Below are positions 11,680 to 26,457 of a stretch of 64,000 nt of DNA, piece after piece. The DNA comes from Nemertoderma westbladi (taxonomy: Eukaryota; Animalia; Xenacoelomorpha): the NCBI GenBank assembly GCA_032718475.1, contig JAUCBJ010008729.1, positions 1-64,000 of the forward strand. Reading direction: 5' to 3'. Each line of letters opens with the position of its first letter. Position 1 is the first letter of the stretch. A model generated the notes under the pieces. The model searched no databases and was not told where the DNA came from. It was given only the letters and a program-made list of their open reading frames with translations. The position numbers and the translations under genes were made by a program.

Positions 11680-14316
11680 CTAACTCACGTTCTCGGGCTC
11701 TATATTCATAGGGCGTCTATGAACTTCCTGTAGTTCTGGATGCGAGTTGATGAACAAATCGCCATATTCCGGATCTTCACGAATGAAGTTGATCAAGTTA
11801 TAGGAATTGAGATCGTTGGGCTTAATGTTCCTGAGATATTTACGAACAAATTTGGTTGAAATACTCTCGCCAACACGCTTCATTAGTTCGTAACTTGGTA
11901 TGCGAGATTTTTGTTCAACAGACGCGAATAGATAAGGGTGGAACGCATAAACTCCTTCATAGGCGCGTCCAGGGTAATAGCGATGACGTGACTCACAATG
12001 TAAATCCGCATTCGCTTCCCAGGCTCGGATGTAGCGCAGTGTAATCATTTCATCCACGCTTTCCAGATCGCGGTTGAAAGGGCAATCAAAACTTGCATGT
12101 CCTTTAAACTGACAATCATGGCATTGAGTCATAAATTGGGGGCAGACTGAGAAAATGTGCAGGTTATTGAGTCTACAATATGCACAATAGATCTCCATAG
12201 TAGGCTGTTCATGGAAGTAGGAGCAGGGTACGTTGGAGTCTACAGGGGTGAAATGGTCTCGAGATGCGCATAATCGACAACGTTTCCTAGAGACATAATT
12301 GGCGTGTCGATAGTCGTACGCAGTGAGACATTGTGGACCCTGATACCATTCCAGGACGTAGTCGTTGTCACTACTCCGGGGTGTTGTGGGCTGAATCTCC
12401 TCAGATTCTAAGCATATTGGTTCGTCTTCCAATTGCATAGCTGAGGTAGGTGTAGCTGTCTCCTCAAGCGAACCCAGTGTCTGAACTTCCACGATAGAAT
12501 AACCCATGGGGATTTGAGGTCTTTGTATAACAGAGGAATGTAAGTTCTGTATACAAACGTCCTTGAAAATGGTGAATCCAGCGCTGTCTAACTTCTCAGC
12601 AGCTGAGTCTCTTAGGCTGAGCTTGGTCAGAGCACGGTCCTTGAACTGACTATCAACGTTACGGAACGGAGTCAGAAAGCGCCTGAAGCATTCGAAGCGG
12701 ATGAATTTATTGTGTTTATCTAGCTTGGCGAGTTTGGTTCCAAGTATTAAGGGATGGGCGCGTATAGTACGACTGCACACATCGGCTAGCCAACCGGCAA
12801 GTGCGGCGTTTTCGAAGATAGTGTATATAGCTAATGAGGGACGAAGTGGAACACTCATGAAGCTATACACGACACCAGGTGCGGTCAATGGTCCGTCGAA
12901 GTATAATCGAGAATAATGATCTCCATATACTTGTTGATAGTTGATAGGATTTCCGACTTTGAAATTCCATCCGTATTCTTGAAAGGCAAGATGTCCGATG
13001 GAGGTTCGTTGTACTTTATTGATACCGCTGGGTGTATTGGCATACATAGTTCGGAAGAAACCTCGGCCTTCTGCCCAGGGAGCAATCAACTGAGTGTCTA
13101 CGAAAGGATATGGAATGTTCTCCATGTTCCTGTTGTATTCCTAATATGTTTTCCGCCATTGATGGTAGAGAGCAGGGGAAGACCTATGTCACATTCCGAA
13201 ATATTTAGAAATACGATCTCAGTAGGAGGATGCAACATTCGAAGACCATCTTCAAATGAATTTATCCCCGATCATTAAGGGAGGTGAACAACCAGATTTA
13301 TGACACATAATGGTACCAGTTGTTCACAGACTATCCACGTGTCCTTTCAGTCCTTGTATCACGGTCGTGGACTTAAGGAAATTATTGGTGGTTGATTATC
13401 TAATCAACAACAAGAGGGATGGAAGTTGATATTATAAATACCAACACAATGGTACATGGACAGGAGGTGCGGACACCAATATAAGCATCCAAATAAACAG
13501 TAAGGGTGAGAGGTTTAGTAAGAGGCGGTACGATCAATACCACGATACGGCAATGATTGGTCGATCGTCTCCCAAAAGCTCCGAGCGCGTTGGGAAGAGA
13601 GGATGGGACGAAGTGTGTTGTATCTTTAATAGCGATGTATAGAGGGAGAATAGTAGTAAGGAGGAGGAAGGATATGTGGTAGTATCTATAAGATACCATG
13701 ATGGACATGTTTTTCCGTTACATCATCATTCATTCTTGCTCATTGATGGCGACACTGATCACAATAATTGCAGGAAGAGGATGAAGTAAGAGGAAATTAC
13801 AGCCTCCCGAAGGAGACCGCCCGCGAGCACCCGTGCCCCGGGGAAAACTATTCACATTATGGACCCTGGACATTAACGTATGATTTTTCTCCAGTGGGTT
13901 CTCCTCTACTTGCTCTTTTAAACTTTCCTCCACATTCTATCTTTCGCAGTGCGGTTTCGAATAGAATTCTCGTGTTCAATTCTTGGTTTATCGTTCCGAC
14001 TCCGCTGGGTATGATATTTAAAGAGAACCATTTCCCTTTCGGTGTCTACATCGTCCGTATCGTGTAAATCGATAGGATGGCCAGTAGTTAAGAAGTCCAT
14101 ATAAGTACCATTACGATGCGTATAGCGAGCGGTGAATTTTCTATAGTCCAATTCACGTGTGAGTTGTTCCTTGGACATTGGCGGTTCGATATAACGGCCA
14201 TCGTCCTCCGTAGTAGAGGGACTAGCGTCACCGCGTATTAAACTATCAACAAACGCTTGCAATGGTAGGGTATATCGCTCCCTGATACCAAGATCATCTT
14301 CTATCAACTCAGTCAT
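11680..14316 (-). pseudogene. Degraded accessory gene of outer element: C-terminal half of DEDDy-like exonuclease plus Cys/His knuckles (open part 11680-13125; upstream fragments to 14316)
   Basis: PFVDTQLIAPWA, SIGHLAFQEYGWNFK, YTIFEN, RRFLTPF, CRLC..H, CAYC..H..C, CHDCQFKGHASFDC align colinearly with ORF 29531-33061. Confidence 0.8.
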
Positions 14317-16053
14317 AGCTGCTATATGAGTTTAACAATATTATAATTAATTATAATTAGGCTAGCGGGCGTCCCTGCCTACCCCTCACGGCCCCCGGAC
14401 AGCGCAAGATCCTCAGCGCCGATGTACTGTTGTCGCGGTGTCTATCGCCAATGTAGTAGCTACACAATGACAACAATAACCAGCGCTAGTCACTCCACTG
14501 TCCATCCCAAGGGCTTAGATTTACTTCAGGTTCTCACTGCAGAGTTAGGGCTACTTTCACAACTGCGACTAGCTACTGTAAACACACTTTAGTAGCAACA
14601 TTCACCTATAAACGCACAAACTCCACACAACTGTCATAAATCGTACACATTCGGGCCATTTGTCCGTTAGTCAAGTGCCTTCCAGAATTCCACGTTATTA
14701 TTATATATCCTTGGATACTAGCAGTGCACTATTTATTCCATATGCTATTCAATGGGGCAAGCTTTCTATTGTTCTTTTAACTCGCTTCTAATTCTAGCGT
14801 GGTTGTTTCTATGGTGACATTATGGAAAGCTAGCAGTAGAATTAGGGTAATTTTCATGCATACAGATCTGGGATGCTATTTAATATAATAGTAATTCTTT
14901 AATTGTCAATATTCCCCTTTATACATGATTTTATGAATTTTATCGGCTATTGACTATATATTGGAGATTCTCGCACACTAATATACTTAATAGGGTGAAT
15001 CTCCGCTCCCATGATCTATTAATTAATGGAATTTTGGGAATGTTATAAATTGTATAAAATAACAATTTATCAAATTCATGAAAGGATATGAATTTAAATT
15101 TATTCCCGTAAATTTTATTATTTAATATTAAATAGGCACAATTTTATTCCAGAGCATGTCTGGGGACTAGGATCCTTGATTCTAGGAAATTTGTCCTTTT
15201 AAGAGTATCGGTAAGTGCTACGATATCTTAATCGACTAGAATTTTTAAAGGATCTAAATTTTAACAGATCTTGATTTATAGATTTTCTCGGTTTACAAAC
15301 TCCTTAGAGTTTATTTGTGTGCATTTACTCTATTATAACATTTGTTTTAATAGATTTTTATAAATATTAACTATGTAATATTTAAGATGGGCACCGATTT
15401 ATTCCAGAACATGTCTGGGGACGTTAACCACTGATTCTAGAATTTTGTCTTTCAAGTATATCGGTGGGTGCCGCGATATCTTAATCGACTAGAATTACAG
15501 ATGGTCAAAGGGTTTAACAGATTTATTTGCGTTGTACGCTACTGTTAAAGGGACATCACGCTACTACAGTATATGTATTATTTAATATACGGTATGAGAG
15601 CAATATTGCAAGAAACAATGTCAGTGAGAAGAGGCAAGTCGTTTCCAAGGTCTACCCAGAGCTTGGTTTAGCCGAGACACGAGGATCTGAACTTTGCATT
15701 CCTAATACTCTACTTACCAATAATACTTGAGTATAGTAGGAGCTTTATTGTACTTTAATAAGTACGGACATTTCATCTTACTGTAGTCACGTATTTATAA
15801 TATGATACGGACAGTAAGGAAAGAGAAAGAATTATTTCTCGCCGTTACGCTAAATATATAATATAAGTAATTAAGTAATAAACGCGAATATATATTGCAC
15901 TAATCTACTAAATAATCGCTAAAATAACATTCTACTAAATAAAAATTAAAGAAAAACGATTATTATAAAATTACATAATAATACATACCTAAATATAAAA
16001 ATAATAAAAAACGAATATAAAATAATATGGTCACACACCCACTCCAGACGCTG

Positions 16054-19000
16054 TTACGTTGGGGAGTCCCTAGATGTTTGTGAGTTTAGGGAGGTGGTCG
16101 TGGGAAGAGTATCTTGCCTTCCATAGTTTCCGGATAGTTCTCTGTCTCTTTCCAGTAAACATAAACGACCAACTGGGCGATTGAGCTGCTGCGTCTCGAA
16201 TACAATTCCAGGTTTCTTAAAGTTACGTCGCATGACGACGAGTTCTACCGATCGCACTAAACCATCATCTGAGATATGAGTCTCGATGATACGACCTGTC
16301 TGCCACCGCTTACGTGGAAGATCTGATTCCAGAATAAGGACCATGTCTCCGGCGCTGACGTTTTCTTGCTGCGCAAACCACTTGGTTCGAAGTTGTAGCG
16401 TAGGCAGATAATGTTTTTCGAAATGGTCAGCGAAACGACGGGATAATAACTGCATAAGTTGCCAAGTTTGTTGGCAGTATTCGTCTCCGTCCGTGATTTC
16501 CGATCGTGGGAGCATGGCTACAGGTTTCTTCAGTAGGAAGTGCGCGGGTGTTAGCGCTTCCAGGGAGTCGGGACTCGATGAGACTGGCATAAGTGGTCTT
16601 TCTTTAAGATAGGCGGCGATTTCTTTCATTAACGTCCGCAAAAGTTCGTCGGTGAGATACGCGCGGCACGGCACTATAAAGTGAAATGTGGTCTTCACGC
16701 TTCTTATTAATCTCTCCCAACTTCCTCCCCACCAAGGGGCGTCAGCGGCGTTGAATGTCCAGCTAGATGCTGTTACTCTTAGCTGATCGTCCACCTGTCT
16801 TTGGTTCCAATCTCTAACGTAAGCCTTGATCTCATTATTGGCGCCAATGAAGTTCGTTCCCTTATCAGATCTCATCGTGTTGCTAGTTCCAAAGCGAGCG
16901 ATCTGTGGGCGTAGACTCAGTATGAAGCTGTTGGTAGATAGATCGTTCACCATATCTAAATGGATCACTCTACAAGTCATACAGACAAAGATGACACACC
17001 ATCGCTTGACTATAGTCCTGGCACGATATACTTCAATAGGGCCAAATAAATCCACACCGGTATTAGTAAAGGGTGGTTCATAGAAGCTTACTCGTTCCCT
17101 AGGTAATTCTGCCTCTCGCTGTGTTAAAGGCCTACTGAATGCTTTCCTACAGGGTATACAGTTCCTAAGAACTTGGTTCAGAGCTCTACGGGGTTTATGA
17201 AAATAATAGCGAGTTCGAATTTCGCTAAGAACTCGTTCTCTACCAGAATGATAAAGCTTACTGTGAACATCTACAATCATCTTGATTTGTATTTCAAGAT
17301 TTCTAATGAGTATGGGAAACTTAGTGTCAAAGGATAATGGAGCATTAGTTAGTCTCCCTCCAACGCGTATTAACCCATCTATCATTGTGCTAGAGAAACG
17401 ATCCCTTAAGCGCATCTGTGGATTTCTCAACAACAGGAAATACTTATCGGAATCTTCATAGCATTGCAGGAGTCTCAGTATCTGCTTATTGGTTTCTTCA
17501 TGCTCCTGGTAACTGATCTTCTCCGTCAGAAACCTATCTGAGATTTTATATTTGGGAAGATCTTTAATAGCATGGACCTGCACAGATGTCAGTGGAGCGG
17601 TATCACTAGCGATCTTCGTCCTGGAGTAGTGATGATGAAAGCATTGCTTTAAATATACGATGGCCTTACAAAGCCGATTCCAGGAGCTATAGTGATTTAT
17701 CGCTCTCTGCAGGAGAGTGTGAGAGTCCCTGCGAGACGTCTGGTGTTCCAGATTTCCAGTCTCTCTCTCTGATTTCCACAACAGACTTATTTGTGGCAGG
17801 GGAGTTTAGATCCACAGCGTCGTCTCCGGAAATATGTAGTACAGACAGATCTATCACGGGTTTAAATAACTTCGATTTACTCGTCCGGGTTTTAGGTTTG
17901 ACTTTCTCCGCTCCCTTGGCTTGTCTAATCTCAGCCGTGATAAGATGAGGAGGCCATTCATCTTCTTCTTTACTTAGGAAGTCGGGTCCACCTAACCAGT
18001 CTGGAGTGTCTACCAGTTCTTGAGGAGTTGCTCCTCTGGAGGCGATGTTGGCTGGATTAATCGTCCCAGGGCAATGTCTCCATTGATCTACACTAGTGCG
18101 ACTAAGTATAATGGCTACTCTGTTGGTAACGAAGACGCTGAACTGACAGACTTCATTGGTTATATACTCCAAAACGAGTAAAGCATCGGTCCAATAGACA
18201 GTTTTCTCCAGTGGATAGTCGATCTGTTCTGTGACATTCCGGCCGATGGCTGTAGCGTATAGAGCCGCCTTTAACTCCGCTCGAGGAACTAGTAGCTTGT
18301 TGTTTATCAAGGCCTTAGAGGTAACCAAGGCGACTTTAATTCCATCCGGAGTTTCAACTCTCAGGTAGGCTACTATACCTATTCCCATATCGCTGGCGTC
18401 TCCAAACACATGGAGTTGATAGGAATACGTGGGGAGAACATGACCAAATTATGAACGGGAAATCGTAAAGTTCTCGATGGATGGTAGAGAATCTTCCCAT
18501 TTCATCCACTTCTTTAGTAGTTCTCCCTTAAGTGGATCGTCCCACGAGTGGTTTTCAAGCCACATATGTTGAACTAAACTCCGAGCAACCAATATAACTG
18601 GGCTAATAAATCCCAATGGATCGAAATAAGTGCTCAGGATACTTAGACAAATCCGTTTAGTTTGAACTGGATTATCTCGCTGTTTTAGCTGGAAAAACAG
18701 GATATCTCTCTCCGTGTCCCATTTCAAACCAAGCGTCGTAGTTTCTGGAAGATCGTCCTTGATTAGGTCCAGGTCTTTAACTCCTCGGTCTTCTACCGGG
18801 ATCGATTCCAGAAATTCACGGGAGTTACTAGTGAATTTGGTTAGTCTAAATCCACCATGTTTCAAACACTCTACCATTCCCTTGGCAACATCAATGGCTT
18901 CTTTCACCGATGGGAGGGACTTTAAATTATCGTCCATGTATATATCCCATTTGATGTTGTCGATAACCGCTTTAGAGAAGGCATCTCGGTTGTCATCAGC

Positions 19001-22000
19001 AGTGGTGCGCACTACTGAACAGGCGTTCGAGGGGCTCAAGATGATTCCGAAAGCCTGGATGGTCATCCAGTACTCCACAGGTTTTTGGCTGAGCTCTCCT
19101 TCAGGCCACCACAGAAATCGCAGGCTGTCTCGATCCCTATCCAGCGCCTTAACTTGTAAGAACATGCCTTCTATATCCGAGGCGAAGGCGATCGAATATT
19201 GCCGTAATCTTAAGAGTATTCCCAACAAGGATTGGAGTAAGTTGGGTCCCGGCAACAACTCCGAGTTAAGGGATTGGCCCATGTAAAGGGCGGAGCCGTC
19301 AAATACTACCCGAACTTCGTTGGGTTTACTGGGTTTGGGAACGTAATGATGGGTTAAATAATACGTTCTTCTCAGTGTTTCTTCCGGTACTCGCTCCGCA
19401 TATCCCTTATTGATAAATTTCTTCAGCTGGGTCTTGTACATCTCTTTAGCTGAAGCATTTGCCGTAAGGCGTCGATGTAATTCCGCGATTCTTTTCTCCG
19501 CCAAGGGTCGGTTATTTATAAAATTAGGTTCTCGCTTTTGGAATGGCAGACCAATCTCATACCTCCCTTGATCTCTAAGGAAACGTGTAGTCGTTGCCTG
19601 GATCTGCTTGGCTCTTTCCTCCTCGACCGATAGTGCTTTGTCGTAGGAATTAGGCTCTATAGCTTCTTGAGTAAAGAATCTTACGGCGTGTTCGTCGCGA
19701 ATCCTAGCGTTATGTCGATCTATCACCTCATTTAGCTCATCATTGTAGTTGAGTTGTCCGCCATGATAGATGAGATGGCAAAGGTGCACTTGGTTTCTCC
19801 AAGCTTCACTTTCAGTGAGGAGGTCTATCGTATTTTCCTCGTCAAATAGTTGGGTAATATCGTCGTTATCTGAGGAGTATGGTGTTCCCTCAGGTGTGAT
19901 TTCTCCCTCACTGATTTCTTCTTCCCATTCACTCATCTGATGGATTTGTTCAGTGGGTAATCTTTCCATGAGCGTTCTACGGGAAGGTCCAGTGAAGTAC
20001 CAACCTACTCTAGTTCTTCCCGCATAGGTTTGCAATGGTTGCGGTCGAGCAGGTCGTTTCTCTAATGTCTCAAGCGCCTCATGCGCATATTGGCCGATTA
20101 ATATTTGCACCCCTGGGTAGTCGGTGTTGAATCTAGGGATATTATGTTGCTGGGTAAAATCGTCTTCATCCCAGTTGTAAGGTTCTACTTGGCTGGTAGC
20201 AAAGTTCTTTATCGCCACCATTTTTACTGACCTTATGCTGTGTTCTCCTAGTTCGTCTTGGGGAGTGGACAACGCGCCTACATAGTAGTCTGTAGCTACT
20301 GTAGATTTCCAAACCTGCATAATTCCTGAAAGGTTCAACTTAGTTCGGAACTTTGGTTGTCCTGCAAAGATGTCTTCGGCTAGTTCTTTATCAATGAACG
20401 TTCCTGTGCTGCCGGAGTCCAGGAGTGCGTTGACTATAAAACTCTTACTTAATCCATGGACTCTTAGCTGAACTACGGGGAATTCCCGGATTCCGACATT
20501 GGAAGTTGGTGATTTCCAAGATGGTTGTCGGTCAGGAATAACCGGGTGCGCTTCGTTATCGGTTTCTTTCAGTCTCATACGTAAGCGCTCGATACACTGC
20601 GGTGTTTATCAGATAACAGGATTCGTTTTCGTCAGAGAATTCGTCCGTGTAGAATCCTTCCATCTCAGAACTTTGGTCAGTGTCGTTCACATCACTGAAT
20701 TGGACATGTAGTTCGGACTCACTTACCTGACTCGGGCTGTTTCTTTCAAATTCGGTGTGCAACAAGATATGATGTTTCGCGCCGTACTTAGCACACCTCG
20801 CATCGGAGTAACAGGTTCGCCGTTGGTGTCCTTGTCTGAGACAATTATAACACAACCGCTTATCCCACATGACATCACGTCTATCTTTTAGGGATTTTTT
20901 TAAGAATTCATCACACACACTTAAACGGTGGGGCCCGTCGCACAATGCACATTTTGGTTTGATGTTACTTACTTTACCTTGGGTAATGTTGTGCACACTC
21001 GTTCTTTCCTCGGGCTTTCTTCCATGAACTCTCTTGGGAGACGTAGGAGGAGTTTTTGTTACCTGTTCTCTCCGGTCACTGGTTCGAGACTTAAATTTAC
21101 TTACGTCTTTAGGTGCTTTGTTGATATAGTAAGATCTTTCGGTGTCTTTCCCGTTGTTCTCCTCTTGAGAGGTCTGGCTTTCGCCGTCGTCTGTATAACA
21201 CACTGGTGTTACCTTTCTCCTAGAAACGGGTTTTTCACTTACCTTATTTTCCGGTGTCTTCTCTCTGGACTGCTTTAGGAGCTGTAATTTTACCTCTCCA
21301 TCTAAGAATGACATGAGATCAGCCATGGTAGGGTCTCTTTGTTGTTGTTCCATCATATATAGAACTCTTTTGTCCCAACGAGTACCTACTCCACCCTTTG
21401 GCAAGGTAGATGCTACAGCTCCAATAACCATAGAACTCTGATATTCATGAGACTTACCTAGCCAATCTAATTGTCTACAAATCTCCTGGATCTCATCGGA
21501 AAATTCTATAATCCCGCTGCTAAGAAACTTTCATGGCGCTTCCAATTTCGCATACAAATACCTAGCTATGTTATTCCTATTACCATACCTGATGTTTAGT
21601 GTATCCCAAACTTGTCTTAATCCATCCGGATGTCCAATAAACTTTAACGCCATTAACTTGGGAGATCCTTCCAAGCACTCGATGAGGAATCTAAGTTTCT
21701 CTCCGTTAGATAGCACAGAGTTATGTATGTTATCTTTATAATATTCATTCAAAGGTAACCATTTCATCTCATCTCCATTGAACTTGACGATCTCTCCCAC
21801 CTTTACCGCTTGATGGGCTTCGGTTCTAGCCATTTGACGCGTAAAACTTTCTTGGGCCATCGTATTATTTAATATCGAGTTATCGGTATATAAATTTCTC
21901 GGATTATGATCAGGTCTATATGGAATATCATTATCAACAGGTTTATCGTTACCCTTAATAGGGTTTACTATAGGAGTTTCTACTTCACTAGCAGTATAGA

Positions 22001-24210
22001 TGCGTGTAGGCTCCACACCTTGCGCATGAAATACTTCAGACCTAACAGGTTGACACATTGTTACAGGGGGTGGTGGTATACCCCTTTGTATATTTACTAA
22101 TTTATCGTGTTCTAACGCGATACTCTGCTGCACTTCTTGCAGTTCTAACCTACCCTCTCTTACTGTTCCCTTTAACTGCTGCACAGTCCCTTCCATTTCT
22201 CGGACGTGCTGGGAGGAACGTATGCGCTGTTCCTCCAATTGTCCGAGCAGGAGATCCATCCCCCGCCGTCCCTCATGCACCCACTCGACTGCCGAAGCGG
22301 GAGCCGCCAACATAGTAGCGGGTAGACGAGGGACGACGGGCGATAAATCGTTGATGTCTCGCTCGGCGTCCAAGACTGGGACTGTTTCTGCGGCTATTCT
22401 ATTGGGCACAGGTAATTTAGTACTGTGCAAAGGGAATTTAGAGTTAGGTTCTGGAAGTACAGGTGTCTCCATCACAGAGGGAGTGGCTTCGAGAACAGGC
22501 CTAATTATTTCAGGCTCATCTACTATGGTAGGGAGTCTTTCTACTCTAATAATTTGATCTGAAGGCTCAGGATTACTTAGATCTACACTAGCTAGTTGCC
22601 TTCTCACGACTGGAGGCAAATTAGGCAATTGCTGACGGTGAGGCGTTCTTCTACGTCTGTAGTAACGAGATCTATTTCCTCCACCTTCAGGATCTGTCGT
22701 ATCGCCTTCATCAGATGATGTAAATCCCTGTCTCTTGGGAGTAGATCGACTTATCATCTGCATATCACTAGCTGTTATCTGTTTATTTAAGTAGTCTTGC
22801 TTCTCTTGAAGATTTTCCAACTCTAGTTGGGTTGCCTCTTCAGATGCCCTTCGTTTTGTTTCCGCCACCGCCACTGCCGCCTTTCTTTCCACTTCTGCAG
22901 CTACTGCTATCGCTTTTCTTTCCGCCTCTGCCGCTTTTCTTTCCGCTTCTGCAGCTGCTGCTGTCGCTTTTCTTTCCGCTTCTGCAGCTGCTGCTGCCGC
23001 TTTTCTTTCAGCCTCTATCGCTGCCGCTTCCTGTCTGTCTTCTATCTGTTTTTTCTTTAGCTGTTCTTCTTGGACCCTAATGATGCGGATTCTTTCATCA
23101 AATTTAGCTCGATTCGCTGCTAACCTTTCCGCATCTAACGAGTCTAGCACAAATTTGGCTCCCTCACTATTAGGGTGAATGTCCAGCTAGCCATCTCCTT
23201 AACTCTTTGTCACCTATAAATCGTTGATAGTCTGACAGATAGATGTCAATGGCGTCCTTCTTCTGAGGTTTCTCTGATGTCGCTTCGCTTTCCACCTGAG
23301 AAAAGGTAGTGTCTGTTGATTCTCCGTCGGTTGAGCGCTCAGTTAGCTGAATTTTCCATTGGGTCGTCCCTTGGACTTTAAGACCTACCCGTTGGAACCA
23401 AGTCTTTACGGCAACTTGCAACGACGTGTCTTGGCTTCTCTTCGAGGCTTCCTCAAAGGCTGATAGGATTAGTCTGATTCTTAGGATTCTTTCTCGAACT
23501 TGATAAAGCAGCTCTCCCTGCTCTTGAGGTCCTTGGGGTTGTTGAAACAGTTGTTCCTCTAATCGCTCCAGAGAGCTGAAGAATCCTTGTACATATCCGG
23601 CTGCCGACCTCTTCCACACAGCTGGATCTCTAGTGTCCTTTACCACTCCCATCCTGTATAAGTCTTCCCAGGCAGCTTCCGATAAGTTAAACGGGAGTCT
23701 GGGTCCGCGGAAGTTCCATTGCGTCTCGACAATAGACTTTAGTTCCTCCATTGTGTATCCCGCATAACTGTCCTTGGTCGATCGCTTACTTCTCGCCCAA
23801 TTGATTTGATGTTCCTCCACCGCAATCAATACCCTAGTGAGTACGGCTTCAGGAAGAATGAGAAGTGGATCTGAATAAACTGCATCTGCCATCTTTGCTC
23901 CGCGCTCGGGTGTCAACTCTACAGTATCTGAACTACTGGAGCTATCGGGCCGCTGAGAAATAAGTTCTCGGTTCGAGTGTTGCTGCTGTTTAACAGCTGC
24001 CTCTTGGTCCCGCTTGACTTGAGCCCGAGTGCCTATGATAGACCTACGGTGCTTTACTAGCCTAGGGTCTCATACTACTACTGAAGGGATGACTTTTCTT
24101 ACAGTAGGAGGGGACTTGAACTTTGGTCTCAAATGTTCGGTACTCCTGTCGGAGTCGCAGACTGTTGTTTCTAGGAGACTATCTGATAGAGTTTGCTTTG
24201 TGTCAGCCAT
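16054..24210 (-). pseudogene. Outer element gag-pol, broken by several stops and frameshifts
   Basis: ATG at 24210 in frame with 23170-23916 through a TGA at 24070-24072; BEL-type gag knuckles CALC..H..C / CYNC..H..C / HHILLH; protease ALLDSGS; RT YMDD; RNase H FGDAS/PRAEL/WTDA; integrase HSGRE..CIPC, GVDLFGP, SDKGTNF, WERL. Confidence 0.93.
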
Positions 24211-26160
24211 GTTTGATTGTACAGTTGAATGCCTACTACTATAATGACAGTTAAAGCAAGTCTAGTAAATCAGTATCAACTGTTAGCCTAGTAATTAATT
24301 ACCGATATCGTTACTCAATGTAACGCGATATATATATAATATATTAGAATACCGGTATACACTTATAGTATATATATAAGTATTATTACAGACTAGGGTT
24401 TGTCACAGAATACCGGTATATAATTTCAGCATAAATATATAGAAATATATATAATAAGCCTACCGTGAATACCGGTATACAGCATACACTTATAGTATAT
24501 ATAAGTATGATTATAGAATAGAATTAATTACAGAATACCGGTATATAATTTCAGCTTAAATTTATAGAAATAAATATAATAAGCCTATCGTAAATACCGG
24601 TAATGTCAATTATTTTACGATGCCTAAATTTTTGAATTTTAGGGTTACTTTCCTTTACTTTATTACTGTTATTAAGCAGTAGTCCAACTGATGTTAAGAC
24701 CTAATTGATGTATAACAGGCCTACTATTTTATAAATTGGTTTGAGTTGATTTATAATATATATATAACCGTATAATGGGTTTTTGACAATATTTGAAATA
24801 AATATTATTATTTCTGGTAAGGAGTCACTACACAGAAGCTGAACGCTCTCAGTGGAGTGCTACTTGTTGGACACTAAAACAAATAATTATACTTGACTAA
24901 GTTACTTATTACTACAAATTACATACAATTACTGGGCGAGATTTCAATCTCTAATAAACACAAAAATTACACGTACAAATTTTAGGGTAATTTTACAGGA
25001 AATCTAGAAACCAGCCTAACAAGGGGTTAGAATTTCTGGTTATTACAACGGACAGGATACTACGGTATTTGAAAATAATTAAGCAGTAGTAAATAAATTG
25101 CGTTGTCCAGATAAGAAAATACCACCATCTGACGACTTATAGTCTTTAGCTGTACAGCTCTATAAGTACTACGTTATGTACCCGGAGTGTTCTTACCTAG
25201 AAGTTAATTACCGCAGCCAACCAGAGCTAACGTGCCTATTAACCACTTTACAACACAAATATACTGCCTACACACTAATTACCTTCGGAAAGTACTGTAC
25301 ACTAAACCCTAAAGTAGGTACAAGTACTTATACAACAAATAACCAGCAGTTAAAAATACTTGTACAGCTAAAAGAACCACGGTATCTGCTGGAGTGACTA
25401 GAGCATAAAATCACCAGTCTTTACCTACGCCAAGCAGCCCTGATGTAGTACCGGGGTTAATTTAACTATAACGGTATATATAACAAGCACAATTACTGTA
25501 GGAATAAACTTGGGGAGTTATGTATGTTGCGAATACTCGTATATACTCTGAATAATAAATATTACGCTATCCGTGCAGACTACACAAACAAAATACAAAC
25601 TAAACGCTGGCAGACTACTATCAAGCCTAAATAAACTACAGTATATGCAGACTCCGGAATGGTTAGTTAGTATGCGTTCTAACCGAGTAGTACGACTTAT
25701 TCTTTCGGGGGGGATTTACCTTACAGCACTGGATGCCCCCACCTTCCTAACTAGTACTTTATTGGACATACACTCTACACACACTGCAATCTCTTCAGAC
25801 TCAACAACAGTCAGACAACAATCCAGCCTACAAATTATTTGTACAATTTGAGCGGGCTTACACGCCTTCTGCTCAATATTACACTTACAAATAAATAAAA
25901 CTGACAGAAATAAATAAGCTCTAAAAGAAACAAGGGGTGTACAGTCCCTAATCTCTTAAACAGCCTACCAATATACAATATCACAATCGAAATAATACTG
26001 GTACCGGTAAGTACCGGTTCGGGTGGCTAGGTAGTTAGGCCTACAGGTTACCATCCGACCGGTACAGTCGAATTTATTGCCTACGTGCAATCAAAACAAA
26101 AAATCTATTATTGTTCTTACCAGAACAATAGACAACTATATTTTTGTTTCTAAAATTTGA

Positions 26161-26171
26161 AAATCTATTAT
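26161..26171 (-). promoter_or_regulatory. Non-tRNA-like PBS-position sequence of outer element (ATAATAGATTT)
   Basis: Abuts the 5' LTR; no TGG; complementary to LTR-internal AAATCTATTAT (10899-10909, 46276-46286). Confidence 0.6.
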
Positions 26172-26457
26172 TGTTCGCGCTTTCAGACCTTTAGCAGTTT
26201 AACCTGCCAATTTTAGGTGTCCTCTTGTTTATAAATCGACTTTAGCCTATAACAACTATTTAATGCACATGAAGTAACATTAGCCGAAGCCAGTCTATGC
26301 GCGATCATTCACCCACAGTTAAGGGAGACTGGATTCGGATGCTTTGAAAGGATTGCGGTGCAGACCTACGGTATTATTCGATTGATAGTTACTATATAAT
26401 CTCTGACAATGTTATTCACTTTCGGGGAAATATTAACAGTTCCTTTAGGACGTGGCG
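26172..26457 (-). repeat. U5-side part of outer 5' LTR (interrupted by inner element)
   Basis: Near-identical to 10132-10417. Confidence 0.95.
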
